Shown piece by piece: positions 31,701 to 42,175 of a stretch of 64,000 nucleotides of DNA (position 1 is the first letter of the stretch; every line of letters starts with the position of its first letter). The stretch spans positions 192,001 through 256,000 of the forward strand of contig AL929603.2 in assembly GCA_000002445.1 (NCBI GenBank), in the 5' to 3' direction. A program made the translations under genes and the position numbers. The stretch comes from Trypanosoma brucei (taxonomy: Eukaryota). Below the pieces are notes generated by a model. It worked only from the letters and a program-made list of their open reading frames with translations, was not told where the DNA came from and ran no database searches.

Positions 31701-33673
31701 AGCGTTGGAACATCTGTGGAATTTCCTTGTACCGCAGTGCTCTCTTGGCCATTTTCAGTATTCATTCGTGCCCTTGCTACTTGCAGTGACGACTCTGATA
31801 CAGTTATGGGTTTACCAGCGGCAGATACAAAAAGCGTTGGAACATCTGTGGAATTTCCTTGTACCGCAGTGCTCTCTTGGCCATTTTCAGTATTCATTCG
31901 TGCCCTTGCTACTTGCAGTGACGACTCTGATACAGTTATGGGTTTACCAGCAGCAGATACAAAAAGCGTTGGAACATCTGTGGAATTTCCTTGTACCGCA
32001 GTGCTCTCCTGGCCATTTTCAGTATTCATTCGTGCCCTTGCTACTTGCAGTGACGACTCTGATACAGTTATGGGTTTACCAGCAGCAGATACAAAAAGCG
32101 TTGGAACATCTGTGGAATTTCCTTGTACCGCAGTGCTCTCTTGGCCATTTTCAGTATTCATTCGTGCCCTTGCTACTTGCAGTGACGACTCTGATACAGT
32201 TATGGGTTTACCAGCGGCAGATACAAAAAGCGTTGGAACATCTGTGGAATTTCCTTGTACCGCAGTGCTCTCTTGGCCATTTTCAGTATTCATTCGTGCC
32301 CTTGCTACTTGCAGTGACGACTCTGATACAGTTATGGGTTTACCAGCGGCAGATACAAAAAGCGTTGGAACATCTGTGGAATTTCCTTGTACCGCAGTGC
32401 TCTCTTGGCCATTTTCAGTATTCATTCGTGCCCTTGCTACTTGCAGTGACGACTCTGATACAGTTATGGGTTTACCAGCAGCAGATACAAAAAGCGTTGG
32501 AACATCTGTGGAATTTCCTTGTACCGCAGTGCTCTCCTGGCCATTTTCAGTATTCATTCGTGCCCTTGCTACTTGCAGTGACGACTCTGATACAGTTATG
32601 GGTTTACCAGCAGCAGATACAAAAAGCGTTGGAACATCTGTGGAATTTCCTTGTACCGCAGTGCTCTCCTGGCCATTTTCAGTATTCATTCGTGCCCTTG
32701 CTACTTGCAGTGACGACTCTGATACAGTTATGGGTTTACCAGCGGCAGATACAAAAAGCGTTGGAACATCTGTGGAATTTCCTTGTACCGCAGTGCTCTC
32801 TTGGCCATTTTCAGTATTCATTCGTGCCCTTGCTACTTGCAGTGACGACTCTGATACAGTTATGGGTTTACCAGCGGCAGATACAAAAAGCGTTGGAACA
32901 TCTGTGGAATTTCCTTGTACCGCAGTGCTCTCTTGGCCATTTTCAGTATTCATTCGTGCCCTTGCTACTTGCAGTGACGACTCTGATACAGTTATGGGCT
33001 TACCAGCAGCAGATACAAAAAGCGTTGGAACATCTGTGGAATTTCCTTGTACCGCAGTGCTCTCTTGGCCATTTTCAGTATTCATTCGTGCCCTTGCTAC
33101 TTGCAGTGACGACTCTGATACAGTTATGGGTTTACCAGCGGCAGATACAAAAAGCGTTGGAACATCTGTGGAATTTCCTTGTACCGCAGTGCTCTCCTGG
33201 CCATTTTCAGTATTCATTCGTGCCCTTGCTACTTGCAGTGACGACTCTGATACAGTTATGGGTTTACCAGCAGCAGATACAAAAAGCGTTGGAACATCTG
33301 TGGAATTTCCTTGTACCGCAGTGCTCTCCTGGCCATTTTCAGTATTCATTCGTGCCCTTGCTACTTGCAGTGACGACTCTGATACAGTTATGGGTTTACC
33401 AGCAGCAGATACAAAAAGCGTTGGAACATCTGTGGAATTTCCTTGTACCGCAGTGCTCTCTTGGCCATTTTCAGTCCCGTACGTGCGGTCCCTCCTCGGC
33501 TGAATTCTCGTTTCCCTCTCCTGCAGTGGACTTTTTCCTTGTACACTTTCTCCAGACCGACTGCGTTGTCTCTTGGGGGCATCGGAGCGGCACTTCGTAC
33601 GGTTCCGTTGCGGCGTATCGGAATTTTGGCGCGCTCCAGAGTTGCTGCCTTGTCTTCCTTTTTTGTGGCTCAT
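28727..33673 (-). CDS. BRCA2: BRCA2 homologue with 15 tandem BRC repeats and C-terminal DNA-binding (helical/OB) region. ORF open to 33934, but the 5' 87 codons are UTR-like, so start placed at MSHKKGRQ
   Basis: Fifteen copies of a 44-aa unit ...TENGQESTAVQGNSTDVPTLFVSAAGKPITVSESSLQVARARMN, each containing the BRC core F-x-x-A-x-G-K (LFVSAAGK..V.ESSL). Long C-terminal region follows. Expanded BRC number is a known feature of T. brucei BRCA2. Confidence 0.85.
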   Translation of the reverse strand: MSHKKGRQGSNSGARQNSDTPQRNRTKCRSDAPKRQRSRSGESVQGKSPLQERETRIQPRRDRTYGTENGQESTAVQGNSTDVPTLFVSAAGKPITVSESSLQVARARMNTENGQESTAVQGNSTDVPTLFVSAAGKPITVSESSLQVARARMNTENGQESTAVQGNSTDVPTLFVSAAGKPITVSESSLQVARARMNTENGQESTAVQGNSTDVPTLFVSAAGKPITVSESSLQVARARMNTENGQESTAVQGNSTDVPTLFVSAAGKPITVSESSLQVARARMNTENGQESTAVQGNSTDVPTLFVSAAGKPITVSESSLQVARARMNTENGQESTAVQGNSTDVPTLFVSAAGKPITVSESSLQVARARMNTENGQESTAVQGNSTDVPTLFVSAAGKPITVSESSLQVARARMNTENGQESTAVQGNSTDVPTLFVSAAGKPITVSESSLQVARARMNTENGQESTAVQGNSTDVPTLFVSAAGKPITVSESSLQVARARMNTENGQESTAVQGNSTDVPTLFVSAAGKPITVSESSLQVARARMNTENGQESTAVQGNSTDVPTLFVSAAGKPITVSESSLQVARARMNTENGQESTAVQGNSTDVPTLFVSAAGKPITVSESSLQVARARMNTENGQESTAVQGNSTDVPTLFVSAAGKPITVSESSLQVARARMNTENGQESTAVQGNSTDVPTLFVSAAGKTVTVSESSLQVASANAASSAKPISGAGASLSKRTPRTHRKSASSSPLSSSKLARKPFVVPFAKNKGAVAKGVGEAVPSASHMPSSEGEGSEVGRTPRHLSFDIFTFRSLSMTVPPSIDEIVRGNFLFKQFGCSPELLKLLEIPAECEFIPSANFRKAMLTLGASPRGCPDAWCLQMLTSTLLKLRGLTLHIDPPLPVFSVAHTLLHMCFKYNHEYVEGKRPALRLIAEGDVQAASLVVVWVVSVSFEERLTPHTCTAVVSDGFYHVKVSLDIPLTNLVRNGTLRCGQKIVTCGARMLRRDCCSPLECKDEVLLSINYNCTQPVGPSSPLGLYHTCLPTLLPSAMDMLGGLVPCLKGRVERVLPPFFLEKTFKGARTGDTRGSTGGALKIVRSLLAQLSFQECMARGAVAPFEGKSDRQLSRLTSFLLSCERQGDVLLQIWDDCGANCPAGDLEEHSCDFPPEGAEIVVFSVTPSRFRPGHPFQRTTVLYSRSPLRYSIVSPPRKGFVRQPLRSAEDVSPKTETGDAIDFAGLFVGTKSVDTVNSHIIVALNDGWKPGCVPASYFMIDVPHATGSKEIVLALPSIPFTPVIVQNASFIRCAEDLGPDCIHVLANEYTKVYSRPAEPLLRGVVESLGKIRGMAKSSRPIIARSEELLRMRTLSEEARADICRLSRELVGGDELPNPAATAQPSPRYQLRQEASTPVEQSITVSETSAARTLSSEEEQVEDLRSSNVKASPRRHVFGNIVGFRLLKCQGSDKPECIEILGGRPSTLVSGSGKFVVSPSDFSQSLVYFEADIQFGATAKQCAQTKVRSPSVLHSLLEQCIPLKRACALTVDEIFADYYLARIKQLEDWQTPHEECWWRLLTQSHVVEITSDVSGTPPEELVGLQWLSNEWKMLLNILSGSLKHCLFMFSVEGSEMVRATFIKEQCSVADLMRE
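31504..33487 (-). repeat. BRC repeat array: 15 x 132 bp, nearly identical at nucleotide level
   Basis: Period measured directly (e.g. ccattttcagtattcattcgtg at 31617 and 31749). The three variable sites I translated (gcg/gca, cttggcc/cctggcc, ggtttacc/ggcttacc on the plus strand) are all synonymous in the minus-strand frame. Confidence 0.9.
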
Positions 33674-34020
33674 AATAATCAGAATTTGACTTCCGAGCAG
33701 ATTAATTAAACAACACACGGGGAATTTCAGGATGGAAGAAAAGGAGGAGGAGGAGGAGGAGCCGAAAAAGAAGAAAAAGGGGACCGGAATGTAGTGCAAA
33801 CAAAGTACTAAAAGGCATTCAATTGCACGCGTGTGGAGGTGGAGGTGGTGAGAATGAGCGAGCAGAAACGTCGGTGCAAAGGGCACGCACCGGGACAACA
33901 ACGGTATACACTTATGTATACTCAGTATCAACAAGCGCAGATGTGAATATTCGCTTCCGCGACAGCAAACAGTACCGCAGAAAGGGGGAAAAGGGCCCTA
34001 ACAGATGCCCACCTTTCTTG

Positions 34021-34620
34021 TTATCGGAGGGGTATGTATTCCGATGGGTCAAGAAATGTCATGTCCTTCATGATATCGAGAACGGCATTCACATAATTCC
34101 AGAGGGGCTGCTTAAACGCAGCCGGCATCGTAGACCCACCTAATTTATCATAATGCGCAAGCAGAGACGGAAGTGCCACAAACAAACGGAGAAGGTACTC
34201 CAATGGTAATACAGCAGCACACTTGCGCTGCGAATTGTCCGTCTCACCTATAGCAGTTTCTTCTGTCGTTTCCCCCTGATCCCCCCGTCGGCGTTTCCCT
34301 ACGCCACGCGCAACCACACGCTTTTCACGCTGAACAGCGGCCATATTAATGACCCGCCTCTCTTTCGAAGAAAGGAACAGCAGAGTGCAGCACTGCTCAA
34401 TCATATCTAACACAAGTCCACGACAGCACGCCGTGATGCACTCCGAAGCTCCGGTACGACGCCTAACATCATCATCAACATCCGTCAGGAATGCAAGCAC
34501 ACCTCCCTGACCGCACTTGGCTGCAATCGGTAATGTTCGCGGTTCATGGGGATGATCCACCTGCTCCAAATGATTGCGCAATATTTGCAGCAACCGCAGG
34601 GGCCACTTGATCTCGTCCAT
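34021..34620 (-). CDS. hypothetical protein (199 aa)
   Basis: ORF on the transcribed strand with a purine-rich plus-strand (polypyrimidine on the sense strand) upstream tract; no motif recognised. Confidence 0.4.
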   Translation of the reverse strand: MDEIKWPLRLLQILRNHLEQVDHPHEPRTLPIAAKCGQGGVLAFLTDVDDDVRRRTGASECITACCRGLVLDMIEQCCTLLFLSSKERRVINMAAVQREKRVVARGVGKRRRGDQGETTEETAIGETDNSQRKCAAVLPLEYLLRLFVALPSLLAHYDKLGGSTMPAAFKQPLWNYVNAVLDIMKDMTFLDPSEYIPLR

Positions 34621-36042
34621 TCACCTGCACCGCGGTAAAAAGAACAATGGCTAAGTGAATAACAACTTTAAAAAGGGAGGGAAGGGGGAAAAAAAGGGAG
34701 TATACTTCACAACTAGAGTGGGAGCCCGAAATCACATGAAAAGGGAAAAAACACAAAGAGAAGTGACTGAAAGTCACTACACAGAAAAAAAAATAATAAT
34801 AATGAATTTCAGAATAAACCAAGAAGAAACACAAAGTGCGCGTGCGGCCACGCATACCTGTATAACGACTTCAGTTTACTAAAACATTGTCCTATATAAC
34901 TTCTTTTTTTCTTCATATTTGAATCAACCACACGACCATCAGTAACAAGAAGAGGCCACACGCTGCGCTCACAAACAATAATCACCGCTTTCCTCCCGAC
35001 CCGCAGCCCTCCGAGTCAGCGCCCACACAAATAGCGACACCAACAGATGCCGAGTGGGCACACAGAAGACACACGGCATGCACTCGACGACTGATGAGTT
35101 CAAAAAGAAAAAAAGAAAAAAGAGAAGGAGAAGGAGGGGGAAGGGGAAGGGGGAAGGAGAGCGAGTGCAATACGGACAGCGGCAAGAAAAGTAACTGTGG
35201 GTGAGGGGAGTTACGCCAGCGGGTGTTGCACCCACCCCCCATCGACTCTGATTGGACAAATTCAAACGTCACCTCCCTCCCCTCCCCCCCAAAAAAAAGA
35301 TAAGATAAGATAAATGGGGTTCTCTTAACCTTCCCCCACTTTTCTACTCCTGCAGTTTTATTGTGATATCTCTTTTTGGTGGGTTTCTTCTTCTTTCCCT
35401 GCGTCTCGCACACTACCCTCCTGAATATATACGGATGTATACTGTTTTCACCCCTACGCAGCAAAATAACAAAAACAAAAGAAAAAAAAAGAAAGCCACC
35501 AACGTTGGACGCTCGGAGAAGGGGATCGTAGCTCTCAAACTCAAAAAGTATACACGTCCATCACTCGCCCCCTCCCCTCCTTTCATTTATTTCCCTCCTG
35601 CCACCCACACCACCCCTACACACAAACACATCCCGTATGACACCTTCGTGCGGAATGGTGAACACGCAACCCTTTCTCGCTCGCACTGACCACAAAACAA
35701 CAAACATCCAGAGGAACCCACACGTACCTCGGGCCCACTCCTCCGTGCATTTGCGAACACAACCAAATATACATTTCCCCACGGACTGACAAAATCTCGG
35801 CCATTCCGTTCCTCAGCTCACCCGCTCTCCGGACCGTCCCACATGAGCCGGCAAGGCGACGACACCATCGAACATATGCGTATACTCACCCAGAAACGCA
35901 AACACAAGCACAGGCACAAGCGCGCACGACGACGAGGATCAAAGACCGGTCGCGTAAGCAAACAAAAAGATAGCGAGGCGAAGAAACAGACGCAAATAAA
36001 GAAGGAAAAGAAGTTGAAGAACCAGCATCCGACACATCAGCT

Positions 36043-37896
36043 TCATGCGGCAGCTCGACATGCCACAATATCGCATGGTACATCGGTGGCAGCGATGAGC
36101 CAAAACCCCTGGAGTTCCCAAGAGAAGAGAAGGGCGTAGTCGTACGGGTAATTCTGCAGAGGATTCTCTCGACCGTTCGCCGCCTTCCCTCCCTTTGGCA
36201 GAGCGCGTGCGTTCAGGAATTGAATGGCCTCCGCAAGGTTGTCCTTTCCAAGACCAACCAGGTGAGTGACATTAAACTTCATCTCACGCGGAGTTACCTG
36301 ATACACAACCGTACACCATGCCGCATCCCAAACTCGAACACGGTGCTCCTCCTCGCGCTTTACCGCAGGCCCGGTAGACACGCTGCCGGCCTTCTCCTCG
36401 CGGTCCGCCGACTTGTGGTTTTGTGTTGCCAGAGCGCGCTTCAACCACGCGCTCTTCTCTGCCGTGGCGTTGGTAGTTGGATTGTTTGCAGCACCCGAAG
36501 CTACAATCATCTGCGCTAGCAACGTTGAGCTGTTCTTGTACTCCTTTGCGTACCGACGGAACGCTGTACGTTTGTCGCCTTGTCCCACCGCGTCACTGAA
36601 TAATATGGTATCACACACTACACAAAAATCAGCTGGCCAGTGAATTGTTTTGGAGTTGAGCGCATCCACCGCCTCCTGAATTGATGTGAAATGAGAGGAA
36701 ACGTCGAACGCCTGCTCCTCACGAGTGAGTTTGTCATTATTTTTGATGGGGCAAGTGGAAGAAGCACGCCAACGAGTAGTAAACTGCTGTTGTTGTTGTT
36801 GCTGCTGTTGCAGCAGGCGTTCAATAATTGCTGAACCCCCACCTTTTATCGCCTGCACCGAACCCGTACGGCTCCCAGCCTCCGCGCTAAGAATGGCCGG
36901 GTCGGTTATTACTGGAGGAGCGGCAGGCGACCAAGGCGAGCCCCGCGGATTGGCAGACTTTGCGCTACGGGGCTGTGGAATTGCAATTCCCGCAGGGCTA
37001 CGGGGCCCAACGACTGCCATCAATGACGTGAACACACACCTCTCCCCTTCATGGAAACTTGGCGCACAGCTTGTCACACACAACTTCGACGATTTTACCC
37101 AAAGACCCCAGTCCCGATGAGAAGCGCTGCTTCCAGGACTGACAGGTTTCTCCACAGCGTCCTCTGTAGCGTCAGCGAACCCGTATGAGTTACATGCAGC
37201 ACATATTTCCTCGTTCAGAGTGGTGGTAGAGGTAAGAAGATTCGCACAAATAACGATCACCTCCGCGCTTCCAAGTAACGGAATTATGCTGCTAAGCGCT
37301 GCCGTGCGGACCCATGGTTGCGCCCCCGGATCCATGTACAACATGCCGACGGTCACCGAAGCCCCGGGAAAGGAGCGCACTTGCAGTGTCATGAACAGCT
37401 TCACAGCGCTGGCAACACTGCTGTGACTTGTGCTTCCTTCGCTCTCACCATTCGTGTTGTTGCTGATCTCCAGCTCCTTAGTCACATTTTCAACACTTTC
37501 ACAGGTCATGCCAATCCGAACTAGGGTGACAGTTCCCCTTTCGGTCGGCTCACGCGGCTCATACCGAATGTTGTCCGTGATTCCGTAGAACTTCCTCACC
37601 GATGACAGTTGCATAAGCTGTCTTCTCGTCGCGGCATTGCAATTGTGAATGAAAACAAACGAAGGCGATGACCCAGAGAGTATACGGCCCAGCGCCTCGG
37701 CATCAGCAGCAGACGAGGAGGCGTTGGCGGCGTCCACTGTGCAAACTGAAAAACTTTTCGGCATCCCGCTGTTCCCTCCTCCAGGTGCCGAAGCACCGGC
37801 AGCAGCGGCAGCAGCGGCAGCAGTGGAGTTCCTCTTCTCCGTCCATGACTGTCCCTCGTCAAAATGCTTCAGTTTGACTTGCATCATCTCCCCCAC
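36043..37896 (-). CDS. hypothetical protein (617 aa) with poly-Ala and poly-Gln tracts
   Basis: Long ORF, A9 and Q10 runs; no confident domain. Confidence 0.5.
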   Translation of the reverse strand: MGEMMQVKLKHFDEGQSWTEKRNSTAAAAAAAAGASAPGGGNSGMPKSFSVCTVDAANASSSAADAEALGRILSGSSPSFVFIHNCNAATRRQLMQLSSVRKFYGITDNIRYEPREPTERGTVTLVRIGMTCESVENVTKELEISNNTNGESEGSTSHSSVASAVKLFMTLQVRSFPGASVTVGMLYMDPGAQPWVRTAALSSIIPLLGSAEVIVICANLLTSTTTLNEEICAACNSYGFADATEDAVEKPVSPGSSASHRDWGLWVKSSKLCVTSCAPSFHEGERCVFTSLMAVVGPRSPAGIAIPQPRSAKSANPRGSPWSPAAPPVITDPAILSAEAGSRTGSVQAIKGGGSAIIERLLQQQQQQQQQFTTRWRASSTCPIKNNDKLTREEQAFDVSSHFTSIQEAVDALNSKTIHWPADFCVVCDTILFSDAVGQGDKRTAFRRYAKEYKNSSTLLAQMIVASGAANNPTTNATAEKSAWLKRALATQNHKSADREEKAGSVSTGPAVKREEEHRVRVWDAAWCTVVYQVTPREMKFNVTHLVGLGKDNLAEAIQFLNARALPKGGKAANGRENPLQNYPYDYALLFSWELQGFWLIAATDVPCDIVACRAAA

Positions 37897-38693
37897 CCCC
37901 TCAAAAGAAAAAAAAAGAAAGAAAAACCGGCCTCACACCCAACTTATACAAAGCTTCCTTCCGCCGCTCACCAAATCACCGTACCGCTGAGGGATATCTC
38001 TACCCCGGGGAGACGCTCACACCAACAACACGGTTGCGCAGGCACAGCCAGTCACTCTCTCACACGGTCCAAATGTTTCTATCCACCCTCAGGGCGGCTC
38101 AAGAGGTGTACTGCAAAGTGGAAAAAAAAAAGGCAGTGGAGTAACAAAGGTGGAAGGAAGGAAGTTTTTACAATTAAAAAAAACCATCGGTAAACGACGC
38201 GGTCCCATATGGCTCAGCAGTGCTCCGCAAAGTAATAATGAGGCGAGTGTAAACATTGGGAATAAGAAGATCTGCTACATCATTTAAAAATCATGAAGAT
38301 AACAGTAAATACAGTAAAAAGGGGTTATAAAATGGAAACAAAAAAAAGCTGCAATAACAGTGTCGGGGGGGAATGTTTAGACACATCACGCCGCAAACGG
38401 TATCGCGTGTACCGATCGTTTGCCCTCTAAGGTAACACTTATTTTTTTTCATTTTGTTTTTTTTTTCATGCACTCCAAATGTACACTCCATCGCCAATGT
38501 CCCCCTATAAACCACGGAAGAAGAAGGAAGAACGTATCCGAATACACACACACGCGCGTATACATATACATGTGAGTATACGCACCGACACGTAATATCT
38601 TCAACTCCCCGTAGCACGACCTCTTCGTCCATGAAAAATACAAAAGCGGGAAGATAGTTTAAAAGAGAAAAATACAACAACAGGCTGGAAAAT

Positions 38694-39425
38694 TCATTTC
38701 ACAAGAGCAGATGAAACAATAGAGGCGCTGTCGTGCCAGCGCCCGGAAGTCTGACCTTCCCTGGCTTCCCACCCTTCCCTGTCGCTGGAACCACTTGCGC
38801 TGAGGACGCAAACCTTTCTTTTTAAATCTGGCAAGGGAAACCTGGCTGAGGCTGGCTGACAACCGGTCCCTGCGGCCCGCTCCAACTCCCACCGCTGCTC
38901 CTTCCGATCGCGCAGTCTATCTAAACACTGCATACGGTGTTCTGCATGCCGCATTAGCGTGGGCATGTCAGATGCCAATCGTTTGGCACTGATGATGCTC
39001 CACACCTCCTCTCGCCTCCGCCTCTCTCTCGAAGGATGCTGCGCTAAAATTTCCGAATTGCCTGCAAAGCTCTTACCGAACTGCACAAGCATTTGTCCAG
39101 CCTTTCTTTGTAAACTAATCCTCCTGTCGACACTATTCCACAGTCGGCTTTGCTTCGTTCTTGTGAGCGGGAACCCGGAACTACACCCCGCGTGCGGCGG
39201 GGTTATCAACGGACCCTCACCGCCAGATGGCTCTACAACTTCCTCCTGCCCTTTCCTTTGAGCACTTCTGTACGCAGCCCAACTTCCCTGTGGAATCTCA
39301 AAGGCATCGGGAAACACAATCATCTCATATTTCGTCCCCTCCTTAAGGTGCTCGAGGAAGGAATAGGGCTCAATGACGACATCACCAGGTGTGCGTGACA
39401 ACTCACTTACAAAAGAAGGGTACAT
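38694..39425 (-). CDS. hypothetical protein (~243 aa). The maximal ORF to 39440 begins inside an (AC)n microsatellite, so start placed at MYPSF
   Basis: ORF on the sense strand; the N-terminal MCVCV of the maximal ORF is a translation of acacac. Confidence 0.4.
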   Translation of the reverse strand: MYPSFVSELSRTPGDVVIEPYSFLEHLKEGTKYEMIVFPDAFEIPQGSWAAYRSAQRKGQEEVVEPSGGEGPLITPPHAGCSSGFPLTRTKQSRLWNSVDRRISLQRKAGQMLVQFGKSFAGNSEILAQHPSRERRRREEVWSIISAKRLASDMPTLMRHAEHRMQCLDRLRDRKEQRWELERAAGTGCQPASARFPLPDLKRKVCVLSASGSSDREGWEAREGQTSGRWHDSASIVSSALVK

Positions 39426-40503
39426 CACACACACACACACACACGCAGAAAACAGACGAGAGAGGGCAAAAGCAACTAACGGCTCTTAAAAGCAAATCAC
39501 AGCCCAGTGATTCTCTAAACTTACAATGCTGTTTCACCACCAACAAACACAAATAAACATATGTTTGTGTGTGCGCATTAGCATAACCAGTAAAAAAGAT
39601 GCAGAGGGAAGAAAAGTAGAAGAAGATCGAGAGAGAGAGAACCGTAATATTGTCCATTATCCCAAAATGAAAAGCAATGGGGAACTGTAACGGCCCCTCG
39701 ACAAAATAGAACACAGGCAAAGGAAAAAGAAAAGCATTCACACCCCAGCCCTCTTCAATAACCTCAATATTTACTTTCGAGCATATTAATTGCCCAGTTT
39801 AGAAAATGAGAGAAGCAAGAAGCACAAAAGAGAGATTTTTTAAAAAAGAAAGGGAAATATATATATATATAATTACATATTTTAATACGTTTTATATTAT
39901 TTTAAGTAAGGTATGAATTCACTCCGTGTGGCCCGCTTTCTGCGTCTTCTTCACGAGGAAGATCATCCACAGAAGAAATTGAAAAAACAACAACACAATC
40001 TCAACCACTAGAAAAAGGACATATAACACAGAGAATGATCTCCCACTCAGCAGCGCAAGCAAACGAAAGGTGTTTTTTTCCAAAAATAAATATATATCAC
40101 TCTTCCTTTCTCTTTCCCTTTATTTCTCATTTTTAGAGTCCATTTCCCAGTATCAACATGTCCTCCCTCATACTTAATTACATCGACATTTCCTCATGAA
40201 GGGGCAAATAACCTCTGCTTTCTTCTGTTCCTCAGTCCTTCTACACCACAATAACTCCCAAATATGAATTCCTGAAAAGGCATTTTTCAGTTGAACAAGT
40301 AAGAACACGAAGCTTCCCAATTTTTGTGTCACCAAAAAATTTACCTCTGCTTTATTTACTCCCACCCACCAAAATAATTAAGATAACGAACCCCCAAAAC
40401 TAATTAACCTTGAAAACATCACAAAAAAGAAACAAATCCTTCATCTATAAAGACAAGACAAACTTCCAAAAGTATTTTGCAGAAATATATTTTTTCTGGA
40501 AGT

Positions 40504-41826
40504 TTAAAGAGAGCTCCACCGGTTAGAAAGAGTTCCAGTACCTGCAGAGGCATACGACACAACCGCCGACTTTTCGTCCAATACTGCAACGCCGGGAAGC
40601 GTTTTGCCCTCGAGGAGTTCCAAAGACGCACCACCACCAGTTGAAACATGAGACATGCGCTTCGCCTCACCGCTCAACTCAGCTGCACTTGCGCTGTCAC
40701 CACCACCGATGATACTCATGAGTCCATGCTCGTGAGTTCCTCGACCCATGGCTTTCGCAATTGCAAATGTACCTTTGGAATAAGGAACCATTTCAAATAC
40801 ACCCATGGGACCGTTCCAAATGGCGCTCTTACACTTCCCAATCGTCTGAACATATTTTTCAATAGTCTTGGGACCAATATCCAGAGCCATATGTCCTTCA
40901 GGGATGTTTTGATCCTCAGTTATCAATGGAGAATCCACAGCTTTGAATTCCGTGTGGCAAACATGATCAATTGGAAGAATAACCTGCACCTTGCGGTCCT
41001 CCGCCTTCTTCAGCAGGGATCGAGCAAATTCAAGTTTACTTTCCTCGCACTTCGATTTTCCAATGCTGTAACCCTGAGCCTTCAGAAATGTGTATGCCAT
41101 TGCACCACCAATTAAGAGATAATCGATGCGCTGCAACATGTTATCCAGAAGTTGGATCTTGTCGCTCACTTTCGCTCCACCAACGATAGCAACCAGCGGA
41201 CGCGGCGGGTTACCAAGTACCTTAGCGAAGTATGAAATCTCCTTCTCCATCAAATAACCGGCAGCACCGTTGCCCAAAATCTTTGGAATTCCGGTCATGG
41301 TAGCACTGTCACGGTGAGCTGTACCAAAAGCATCACTGATGTAAACATCACCATATGACGCAAGGATCTTGGCCATGGCTTCACGTTCTTTTGCCTTCTT
41401 GCTGCCCTCTTCTTTGTAAAAGCGTACATTTTCAAGCAGAACAACATCGCCCGGAGACATCTTAGAGACGACATCTGCAGCATTCAGGCAGTCAGGTGCG
41501 AATGTGACGGGCCTCAATAGCAGTTCGCTGAGGCGCTTGGCTACCGGTTTGAGTGTTGCCTTCTGTTGGAACCCGGGAACACCGCCAGTGCTCCGTATTT
41601 TGTCAGCTTGCGCCATGGGAATACCTTTCGGCCTCCCGAGGTGGCTCATGAGAACACAACTGCCGCCTTCTGTGAGAACCTTCTTGAGCGTTGGCAGAGC
41701 TGATCGGATTCGGTAGTCGTTGGTGATCTTACCGTTTTTCACGGGAACATTAAAGTCAACACGGATAAGAACCTTCTTTCCCTTAAGATCGCATTCATTA
41801 ATGCTCTTCTTCTCGTTAAGGGTCAT
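40504..41826 (-). CDS. PGKC: phosphoglycerate kinase C (glycosomal isoform with ~20-aa C-terminal extension ending SSL)
   Basis: Full PGK fold (N-terminal FNVP..., ...GGGAS... C-domain). 440 aa with extra C-terminal tail ...SAVVSYASAGTGTLSNRWSSL relative to the 420-aa copy. Position and orientation match the known T. brucei PGKA-PGKB-PGKC tandem. Confidence 0.9.
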   Translation of the reverse strand: MTLNEKKSINECDLKGKKVLIRVDFNVPVKNGKITNDYRIRSALPTLKKVLTEGGSCVLMSHLGRPKGIPMAQADKIRSTGGVPGFQQKATLKPVAKRLSELLLRPVTFAPDCLNAADVVSKMSPGDVVLLENVRFYKEEGSKKAKEREAMAKILASYGDVYISDAFGTAHRDSATMTGIPKILGNGAAGYLMEKEISYFAKVLGNPPRPLVAIVGGAKVSDKIQLLDNMLQRIDYLLIGGAMAYTFLKAQGYSIGKSKCEESKLEFARSLLKKAEDRKVQVILPIDHVCHTEFKAVDSPLITEDQNIPEGHMALDIGPKTIEKYVQTIGKCKSAIWNGPMGVFEMVPYSKGTFAIAKAMGRGTHEHGLMSIIGGGDSASAAELSGEAKRMSHVSTGGGASLELLEGKTLPGVAVLDEKSAVVSYASAGTGTLSNRWSSL

Positions 41827-42175
41827 CTTGTATCACAATTACTTATTAGGTGGAAAAACGTATCTCCGCAGCAATTATGCTTTGATATCACCAAAGAGCT
41901 GAACCTACAGTCCAAACGATTTGAGTGAAAAAGAGTGAAGTAACAAAGATAAACACAAAGTTACACAGTAGAACGATCAAAAAGATAGAAATATCATAGC
42001 GGTTGAAATATTACTGTGCAATCGATACATAGTACCAAAAAATAAAATGAGTAGAAAAAACATAAATGTTATCCTAAAAAAAAAATAATAGTCACGTACG
42101 AACCAATACCTAACCAACAAATAAAAAGGACTAAAAAACACAATTCCATAAAACAGGCCCGTAACAGGATGAATA

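Noticed and set aside
31074-33675. Two very long plus-strand ORFs (809 aa and 727 aa) full of perfect repeats
   Set aside because: They are the antisense frames of the BRCA2 BRC array. Tandem 132-bp repeats happen to lack stop codons on the opposite strand, and all flanking genes are minus-strand.
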